A stretch of DNA of 64,000 bases from Candidatus Altiarchaeales archaeon (GTDB lineage: Archaea; Altiarchaeota; Altiarchaeia; IMC4; SCGC-AAA252-I15): the NCBI GenBank assembly GCA_014727915.1, contig WJMO01000006.1, positions 192,001 through 256,000 on the forward strand, given 5' to 3'. The translations under genes were made by a program, and so were the position numbers. How positions within the stretch are numbered: the first letter of the stretch is position 1; each line of letters begins with the position of its first letter. Shown here in pieces: positions 57,318 to 64,000 of the stretch. Under the pieces are notes generated by a model. That model searched no databases, was not told where the DNA came from, and was given only the letters and a program-made list of their open reading frames with translations.

Positions 57318-57562
57318 TGCTCCTCCTCCATTGACATGCGCCTGAAAACAGGTATGTGCGTTCCGCCAGTGAAGGTGTGCTTGCAGGTCCTGCACCTCCA
57401 GATGCCCGCCGACACCCTCTTGAGCTTTCCCCTGCTGCAGCTTGGGCAGCCGCTGGACTTCCGGGACTCCACCTCTATCTTGGCGGCTTCGTTCCGGATC
57501 TTACGGCCTACCCGGGTGCCGTACCTTCCAAGGCTCCCGACCTTCTTGGTGTGACTGTACAT
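57314..57562 (-). CDS. rpl37ae: 50S ribosomal protein eL43 (L37Ae)
   Basis: TKKVG-x-x-GRYG-x-R-x-G, CPSC, GIWRC-x-x-C-x3-FTGG. Confidence 0.95.
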   Translation of the reverse strand: MYSHTKKVGSLGRYGTRVGRKIRNEAAKIEVESRKSSGCPSCSRGKLKRVSAGIWRCRTCKHTFTGGTHIPVFRRMSMEEEQ

Positions 57563-57601
57563 TTTGGCATATTCTTTAGGGAGGAAGGGCTTAAAAAACA
57601 C

Positions 57602-58378
57602 CTACCCCTCCAGTATTTTGCGTATCTCAGGCGCCTTTTTGAAGGCTTTGGACACGCAATCCTTCGCCTCCTCCGGTTTGAAGGAGCCGTTACCTCCCTT
57701 CTGCATCGCGTTAACCGTGTCGGTGGTCGTGACGGTAAGCCTGGTGTCCAACGCATACTCCTCGTCCGAGCACGGGTCCAGCAGGATGTTGGAGCCTATC
57801 TTGCCGAATGTGAAGGATACTGGAGTGCATGTTACGGGAAGCTTCCCATCCCATTCGCCCCTGACTATCGTACCATCCTCGATCTTTGGCAGGCGGCTGT
57901 CGCGCAATGCTGCCGCGGCAGCGTAGCTACATGCGTCGAATAGGTTCCCGTCAAAGTTGAGAATGTGCAAGTCCATGAAGACTATCCACACCTTGCCCTC
58001 CTCTATGAGGAGCGAATCAACGTCTATGGCGCCCGACTCGCGTATCCCGCGGTCCACGACACGCGCCACCTCGATGCTCTCCTCCCTTGGAGGGCCGCTC
58101 TCGAAGTAAGGCGAGGCTATGGGCCTCAGTTCCGTTGACGTGGTCATGACGCCAGAGGTCGGCGAGTCAGGATATGGCTCTCCCATGTCCATGCTTATTC
58201 CAGCCAACACTTCAGTCTTCCCCAGTCTGACATAAGCTGATCCGCTGGACTTCTCGCCAACGTATCCTTTCTCTATCTCAAGCTTCCTCATGTCGTCGAA
58301 GCCCCTGCCGTCTGTTCGGCTGCCCTCTGACACGATGCTCTTGACATAGTCTCCCTTGATGAATGACTCTATGTTCAT
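57602..58378 (-). CDS. rrp42: Exosome subunit Rrp42
   Basis: [35 protein letters not shown]. Confidence 0.96.
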   Translation of the reverse strand: MNIESFIKGDYVKSIVSEGSRTDGRGFDDMRKLEIEKGYVGEKSSGSAYVRLGKTEVLAGISMDMGEPYPDSPTSGVMTTSTELRPIASPYFESGPPREESIEVARVVDRGIRESGAIDVDSLLIEEGKVWIVFMDLHILNFDGNLFDACSYAAAAALRDSRLPKIEDGTIVRGEWDGKLPVTCTPVSFTFGKIGSNILLDPCSDEEYALDTRLTVTTTDTVNAMQKGGNGSFKPEEAKDCVSKAFKKAPEIRKILEG

Positions 58379-59097
58379 TTCTGCACCTCCGACAACGCCT
58401 TCTTCTGGATCTCATATACCTTCATGCAGCCCTCGTAAGCCAGGTCGAATGCCTTGTTGAACTCTTCCTCTGACAGTTTGCCGTCCATCTGCAACAATAC
58501 GACATCGCCTGTCCTCGGCACTATCGCCAAGGGAACGTCAGCTTCGCCGTAGTTGTCCTCCTCCTTCATCAGGTCCACTACGACCTCTTCCCCTATCTTG
58601 CCTGCCGCACAGGAGGCTACCAGGTCCTTCATGGGTATGCCAGCGTCGGCCAAGGCGATGGAAGCGGCCGTCAAGCCCGCGCACCTTGTTCCCGCGTCAG
58701 CCTGCAGTATCTCCACGAACACGTCTATGGCCGCGTTGGGATACATGTGGGTCTGGACAACGGAAGTCAGAGCCTCACTGCATATCTTGCTTATCTCGAC
58801 GCTCCTCCGGTCCGGTCCGGGCCGTTTCCTGTCGTCAACGCTGAACGGCGCCATGTTATATGTTACCCTTACAGTCGCTTCGGTGGGGTTCTGCAGCCTC
58901 TTAGGGTGCATCTCCCTCGGGCCGTAAACGCCAGCCAAAACCTTGTTGTTACCCCATTCGAGGTAAGCTGACCCCTGGGCATTATCCAAGACGCCCACTT
59001 TCATCCTTATCTCTCTAAGTTCATCTGGTTTGCGGCCGTCCAATCTCACGCCGCCGTCGATCAACTTCATATCTGATTTTCCGCTCATTTGAATCAC
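58375..59097 (-). CDS. rrp41: Exosome subunit Rrp41
   Basis: [36 protein letters not shown]. Confidence 0.97.
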   Translation of the reverse strand: MIQMSGKSDMKLIDGGVRLDGRKPDELREIRMKVGVLDNAQGSAYLEWGNNKVLAGVYGPREMHPKRLQNPTEATVRVTYNMAPFSVDDRKRPGPDRRSVEISKICSEALTSVVQTHMYPNAAIDVFVEILQADAGTRCAGLTAASIALADAGIPMKDLVASCAAGKIGEEVVVDLMKEEDNYGEADVPLAIVPRTGDVVLLQMDGKLSEEEFNKAFDLAYEGCMKVYEIQKKALSEVQK

Positions 59098-59813
59098 TTC
59101 GCTCTTTTCGATCTTGATTTTAGGAATTCGGTGACCCTGTCCGTCAGACCGGATGTCTGGGCCTCCGCCTCCACCTTCTTTATGGCCTCCACGGCCAGGT
59201 TAACGTCCCCGTCCTTTATCCATATGAGGCCGTTCTGCCCCACCGATATCTTGGAGCCCGTGTAGTCTCGTATCAGGTTGATCATTGACTTCTTCTTCCC
59301 TATGACACGCGGCACTCGCATGGGCTTAACCCTGATAACCTTACCCACTCCGAGCTTCCGGGGGCCGACCACCTTGGCTTCCTTGACCTCGTCCACATGG
59401 GATATCTTGGCGCTTACCAGGTCGCCGACCTCGAACGTCTCGGGCTTTTCCATCCTCGGGCCGCCCCTGTTTCCTCTTCCACCGCCTCTGTCCCTGTTTC
59501 CTCTGCCGCCAGCCCTGCCCCTGAAGCCGCCATTCCGGTCAGGCTTCAAAACGCAGATGTACGGGCCGTCAACGTCCATGAAGTAGACTCCCCCAAAGTC
59601 ATTGGTGATAACACCGATTACCATGTCCCCTGGCTTGGGGGTATAGGCTCCGTTGGAGGGTATGATGGATACCCTGTCTCCATTCACGCGGGCAAGGCCC
59701 CTCACCAGCGAGTATCCGCTCTCGCCCTCACTGACGCACAGCCCTTCGCATCGGACTCCCTGCCCTAGCAGCTCTCCCGGGACCACGATGTCCCTGTCTT
59801 TCACGTTAATCAT
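59094..59813 (-). CDS. rrp4: Exosome RNA-binding subunit Rrp4
   Basis: VVPGE, Y-x-P-x-x-GD-x-VIG, VPRVIGKK-x-SMI, GQNG-x-[10 protein letters not shown]. Confidence 0.95.
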   Translation of the reverse strand: MINVKDRDIVVPGELLGQGVRCEGLCVSEGESGYSLVRGLARVNGDRVSIIPSNGAYTPKPGDMVIGVITNDFGGVYFMDVDGPYICVLKPDRNGGFRGRAGGRGNRDRGGGRGNRGGPRMEKPETFEVGDLVSAKISHVDEVKEAKVVGPRKLGVGKVIRVKPMRVPRVIGKKKSMINLIRDYTGSKISVGQNGLIWIKDGDVNLAVEAIKKVEAEAQTSGLTDRVTEFLKSRSKRAK

Positions 59814-60504
59814 GTTTAACGACCTTCGTCTTCACTTCGCCGTGAGTCATGCTGTTGAGCCTGCTGTAGAACTCGTCCTGCATTCCGGCCGGTATCTCGA
59901 CTAGGCAGAACTGCTCTCCCCCGACCCAGTCCTCCTTCTTGACCTCCCCGAACTCTCTGAGCACATTGTACATCTTCCCAGAGTACTCTGGGGGTATCTT
60001 AACAGCGACCTCCAATTTCTCGAACTTGATGGGTATGAGGGGCTTCAAGGCCTTGAGCACCTTTTCGACCTGCTCGTTCGCGGACTTTGAGATTGTTATC
60101 TCAGCCCTTGCTTCCTCCATAGCGGACATTATCCGCTGGAGGGGGTGGGGCTTCCCCGTCTGGGGGTTAACCGCATTCATGGATATGATGGACGCGACCT
60201 GCTTCCTCCGGTCCTCCATCATATGCTTCTTCTGCTCGGTCGTCAGGTGCAGGTCTCCCTTGGAGATTATCTCCTTGAAGACCGACTCCATGTCATCGAC
60301 CTTGAAGAGTTCCATCAGATGCTCTTCACTGGCCTTGTCTCCTGCCTTAGCATCCTTGAAAACGTGGTCCGCAGCCAGGACTTCCGATAGTTCGACGTCG
60401 TCGCCGCTCTTGAACTCCAATACCTTGTCGGGGTCCACGTATACTTCGTAGTTTTCCCCGTGGGTCTTGAGGCGTATGATTATAGCATCATCCAAGCTGA
60501 CCAT
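59806..60504 (-). CDS. sdo1: Ribosome maturation factor SBDS/Sdo1
   Basis: EVYVDP, FKDAKAG, NPQT-x-x-PHP, IPAGMQ. Confidence 0.96.
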   Translation of the reverse strand: MVSLDDAIIIRLKTHGENYEVYVDPDKVLEFKSGDDVELSEVLAADHVFKDAKAGDKASEEHLMELFKVDDMESVFKEIISKGDLHLTTEQKKHMMEDRRKQVASIISMNAVNPQTGKPHPLQRIMSAMEEARAEITISKSANEQVEKVLKALKPLIPIKFEKLEVAVKIPPEYSGKMYNVLREFGEVKKEDWVGGEQFCLVEIPAGMQDEFYSRLNSMTHGEVKTKVVKHD

Positions 60505-60542
60505 CTAAATGTCACCCCACCGGTGGAATCGCACAAAATTGG

Positions 60543-61289
60543 CTACTCTCCCTTGCCATCCTGTGAGTCAAGTTCCTTTCCCAGGTGCTTAATTGATTCT
60601 GAAATCTCATCTACTGTGACAGCGGAGTATTTTCCTCCGACCTCGATAGTTATCATGTCCACGTTCTCCGCCTTTATCTTGCCCTCTGAAACGCTGTTCA
60701 ACGATATGATAGCGAGGTTAACGGCGTCCTTCCGAGGCATCTTCTCCTTGAACTTCTCCTCCAGCAGCTTCTCCACCTCCCTCTTGCCCATGCCTATGGC
60801 ACCTGCCGTGAACTCGGTGAAGGCGCCGCTGGGGTCTGTCTCGAAGAGGTGTGGCTTGTCGTTCACGCCCGCGATCAACAGCGCGGTCCCGAAGGGCCTG
60901 GCGCCCCCGTACTGTGTGTAAGCCTGCTTTATGTCGCAGAGGTCCCTCGTGAGTGCTGACACGCTTATGGACTCGCTGTATACGAGCCGGTTCCGCTGGG
61001 CCCGCACCCTCGCATCCTCGACTAGCCTCCTGGCGTCCGCGACCAACCCGGAGGTTGCCACGCCTATGTGCTCGTCTATCTGGAATATCTTCTCGATGCT
61101 CTTGGGGACTATCAGCTTGCTGGAGACGTTCTTGTCCACAGCCAATAGAACGCCCTTGTCATATATCAAGCCCACGGCTGTCGTGCCCCTCTTCACAGCC
61201 TCCCGGGCGTATTCCACCTGGAAAAGCCGTCCGTCAGGGCTGAAAACCGTAATCGCGCGGTCATATGCCGCAGGACCTTGAGGATACAT
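60543..61289 (-). CDS. psmA: Proteasome alpha subunit
   Basis: YDRAITVFSPDGRLFQVEYAREAV, RPFG, ETDPSG. Confidence 0.98.
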   Translation of the reverse strand: MYPQGPAAYDRAITVFSPDGRLFQVEYAREAVKRGTTAVGLIYDKGVLLAVDKNVSSKLIVPKSIEKIFQIDEHIGVATSGLVADARRLVEDARVRAQRNRLVYSESISVSALTRDLCDIKQAYTQYGGARPFGTALLIAGVNDKPHLFETDPSGAFTEFTAGAIGMGKREVEKLLEEKFKEKMPRKDAVNLAIISLNSVSEGKIKAENVDMITIEVGGKYSAVTVDEISESIKHLGKELDSQDGKGE

Positions 61290-61357
61290 TATTATCAGGC
61301 CTCTGTTACCTCTTCTCTAAGTACCAAAACAATATGGAGTTAGCCTTTAAAAACAAC

Positions 61358-61855
61358 CTATCCGAAGATGTCCCGTGCAATGTTCAGCCGGTCGGGAACT
61401 GTCTTGCCCTCGGCATGCTCGTAGCCCTTGGTTTCGCCCACATACTCGAGTATGTCGCTCACATGGGCTCCTGTCAGGCTGGCGGACTGGGTTAGGGATA
61501 TCCCCCTGCTGTGCATCCGGCTGGCCATCTTGATCCGCGCCTTCCAGACAAGACCCCCCTCGAAGAGGCCGTGGTCGCTGTCGAAGTCGTCCACGTCGGA
61601 GAGTATGCCTTCCAGGTCTCCTGCGGACAGCTTCTTCAACGCCGACTCGACCAGGGCTTCGGTCTTCTCCCGGAAGTGCATCTTTATGAATATCTTGTGG
61701 AAGCAGTAGGTTATCATGGAGAGCTTCACAATCTCCTCCTCTTGCGTAACAGCGGCCTTGTCGCTGTAATGCCCTGCAAGCTCCCTCAGCTTCACCGAGT
61801 CCTCTTTGGATATGGCATCCAATACCTCATTCAACCTGTTCATCCTAGGCTCCAA
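61358..61855 (-). CDS. Hypothetical protein (possible C-terminal HTH)
   Basis: KARIK-x-AS-x-x-H-x-x-GISL-x3-A-x-L-x-G...YVG-x-T; overlaps the upstream gene. Confidence 0.7.
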   Translation of the reverse strand: MEPRMNRLNEVLDAISKEDSVKLRELAGHYSDKAAVTQEEEIVKLSMITYCFHKIFIKMHFREKTEALVESALKKLSAGDLEGILSDVDDFDSDHGLFEGGLVWKARIKMASRMHSRGISLTQSASLTGAHVSDILEYVGETKGYEHAEGKTVPDRLNIARDIFG

Positions 61856-62736
61856 CCGAACCGGTCCTTCAGCACCTGGTAGGCTGCTTCAGGCGGTATG
61901 ACACCGTCTTCGGTCACGATCATGTTAACGTGCTCTTTGGGGGTTATGTCGAATGCTGGGTTGAAGACTTTCACCCCGGGGAGTTCAGCGACCTCCGAGG
62001 CGTCCCTCTCCTCTATCTCGACTACTTCCCCGTGAACGCTGAAGGGGGAGAACTTTATGCTGCTCGTGCAGACTATGAACTCGGCTCCCGAGTGCTTGGC
62101 TGTCAATGCGACCTGGCTGGTTCCGATCTTGTTAATGACATCGCCGTTCGAATACACTGTGTCGGCTCCGACAAACACCTTCTTCACGTCCTTGTGTATC
62201 ATAGTATGGTATGCCGCGCTGTCCACGATCAGAGTCACGTCTACGCCCGTGGCCTGCAGGTCTTTGACGGTTATGTGGCCCTGGAGTCTGGGCCGGGTCT
62301 CGCAGGCGTACACCTTGAATCTCTTGCCATCAGCCCATGCCCGCTTCATTATCTCAGTTACCGTGTGGCTGTTGCATATCGTGAGGAGCACGTCACCTTC
62401 TTCGATTAGGTTCGCCCCGTACTCTGCAATCTTGTCGAGGGAGCCTTCCAACTTGGATATGAAGTCGGATATGTCCGCCAACAGCATGGGCTTGGCGACC
62501 ACCGGGTCGTTGTCTTTGTGGGATTCCGCGAGGTGCAGTACGTAGTTGATGGAATTAGGCAGTGAAACCGCAGTTGGCCTGGCGTCCCTCAGGACGTCAC
62601 CTGCCCTGACCAGCTCATCATAGGATGCGCCGTTGACTAACTCCTCCTCCAATGCCCTGGCTGCCTCTACCGCGATTCGCAATGCACCGCGGACTTCCAT
62701 GGAGTTTATCTTTTCCGCAGTCTCAGAGACGGACAT
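61840..62736 (-). CDS. e2b2: Ribose-1,5-bisphosphate isomerase (eIF-2B-like family)
   Basis: MEVRGA, RPTAVSLPN, TICNS, ETRP-x-x-QG, VGAD, NKIGT, NPAFDITP. Confidence 0.9.
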   Translation of the reverse strand: MSVSETAEKINSMEVRGALRIAVEAARALEEELVNGASYDELVRAGDVLRDARPTAVSLPNSINYVLHLAESHKDNDPVVAKPMLLADISDFISKLEGSLDKIAEYGANLIEEGDVLLTICNSHTVTEIMKRAWADGKRFKVYACETRPRLQGHITVKDLQATGVDVTLIVDSAAYHTMIHKDVKKVFVGADTVYSNGDVINKIGTSQVALTAKHSGAEFIVCTSSIKFSPFSVHGEVVEIEERDASEVAELPGVKVFNPAFDITPKEHVNMIVTEDGVIPPEAAYQVLKDRFGWSLG

Positions 62737-62768
62737 GGTAAAATATATGTTTAATACTAATAATGACT

Positions 62769-64000
62769 ATGGGTGGTGGAAAAAGGGGGAACCGCGATAG
62801 CTCGCGGGCGGATTATGCCCTGCCGCTGGTATCGGTCGCTTTGGCCTATCTCCTGCTCACCTTCTTCCAGAGCCCGGGATACCAGTACCGGAACATAAGG
62901 TGCATAGACTACCTCCTAGGGGGGACATTGTATGATGGGCAGCCGGAGTGCGTGCAGCCCCCGACCGTATACTTGGCAGGGGCGGTCTTCTCCAAGATGG
63001 GTATGCTGCAGCCACTGTCGAACGCCTTCATACTGTTGTTGAACGCGGTCTGCCTGCACACCATGCTCAAGCTCATAGGAAGGGCGGATTTCAAGGTCAG
63101 GGCAGTCGTGTCGGCTGTTTACTGCCTTCTAGTGGTGCCTTTGATGCTGGGCGAGCTGGAGACCGCCTTCGCCTGCGCTTTCATGATGGGCGGCGTCTAC
63201 TACTTCTTCAAGGGTGATGATGCAAAGGGCAGGCTCGTATCGTCCACGCTGCTCGCGTTGGCGCTCATGTCCAAGGTCACGGTCCTGTCCGCTGTGGCGG
63301 CGCTGTTCTCCCTGATGGTCATAGAGCACATTAGACGAGGGTGGGAGAGCGACGACTGGGAGTATGAGACACGGCTTGCAGTTAGGGATTCGCTCCTGTT
63401 CATCGGCCCGTTAATGACGGCTTTCATCATCATGAAGCTGTTGTTCCCACAGTTCCTCGTATACACTCTGCTTAGCCACGCGCACAGCGAACAACTTGGC
63501 TACTTGGAGGCCATCACAGGGATAGTGGGTACGGACCCGTTCTCGGACTGTGACCTTTTCGTCTTCTATGTCTTCACTGCCGGCGTGGGAGCCTACTTCC
63601 TAAGGTCACGGGATGATTACGCTATGCTCTATCTGGTATCGTCTGTCGTTACGTTCGTAGCGAGGTACAAGCCCATGGGAACCACCCCCGACATATTCGG
63701 GTCAAAATACGTCGTATATCCACTGTTCTTCCTTATACTGGTGGTTGGAAGGCACCTTACAAGTTTGAGGGGTGCTATGAGGTCGCGGGCGGCTGCTCTA
63801 CTGGTGGTTGGCGCGATGCTGATGGGCTCCTTCCACGTGCACGGACATCCGACCGTCAGGGAGGGCGTGTCCAGGCTGGCTGGCGGATACGACGGCCTCC
63901 AGGTTGAAGTGGCGGGTTTGAAGGAGACCTTCGACAGGTTCTACACGTTCCTGCCCCGGAACAGGGGCATAGTCCTGGTCAACGATGAGATATACCAGCT
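62769..64000 (+). CDS. Polytopic membrane protein, possibly a GT-C glycosyltransferase; runs off the right edge
   Basis: Not in the ORF track; open from ATG 62769 (MGGGKRG...LYDGQPECVQPP...) with many TM segments. Confidence 0.7.
   Translation, partial: MGGGKRGNRDSSRADYALPLVSVALAYLLLTFFQSPGYQYRNIRCIDYLLGGTLYDGQPECVQPPTVYLAGAVFSKMGMLQPLSNAFILLLNAVCLHTMLKLIGRADFKVRAVVSAVYCLLVVPLMLGELETAFACAFMMGGVYYFFKGDDAKGRLVSSTLLALALMSKVTVLSAVAALFSLMVIEHIRRGWESDDWEYETRLAVRDSLLFIGPLMTAFIIMKLLFPQFLVYTLLSHAHSEQLGYLEAITGIVGTDPFSDCDLFVFYVFTAGVGAYFLRSRDDYAMLYLVSSVVTFVARYKPMGTTPDIFGSKYVVYPLFFLILVVGRHLTSLRGAMRSRAAALLVVGAMLMGSFHVHGHPTVREGVSRLAGGYDGLQVEVAGLKETFDRFYTFLPRNRGIVLVNDEIYQ

Overview
Archaeal chromosomal window. 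The gene content (exosome/proteasome superoperon, eL14/eL15/eL39/eL43, aIF-1A, Cbf5, KEOPS Pcc1, OapABC) and the many Cys-rich surface proteins suggest a DPANN-related lineage such as Ca. Altiarchaeota; this taxonomy is an inference. Bases 1-9905 form an AT-richer island at the 3' end of tRNA-Thr(TGT). The island holds a 5'-truncated VirB4-like ATPase with a PD-(D/E)xK-like tail, Cys-repeat surface proteins and a >1200-aa surface protein that is missing from the ORF track. The rest of the window is mostly housekeeping genes with single orphan ORFs between them. Six tRNA genes were read directly, four of them with anticodon-loop introns. Two patterns stand out. (1) Three tRNA genes (Thr, Ala, Ile2) each have an exact copy of their own 5' end 101-115 bp upstream, separated from the gene by a hairpin-rich insert, and the Ala insert resembles the Ile2 intron over about 55 nt. 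This points to a family of small tRNA-targeting palindromic elements; a solitary GIY-YIG nuclease lies next to the most rearranged locus. (2) A 1.9-kb cassette (membrane protein plus secreted phosphodiesterase-like head) is bounded by a 7-bp direct repeat and splits a CARDB domain in frame, which swaps the N-terminus of a giant surface protein. All calls come from reading motifs by eye; no database searches were run.
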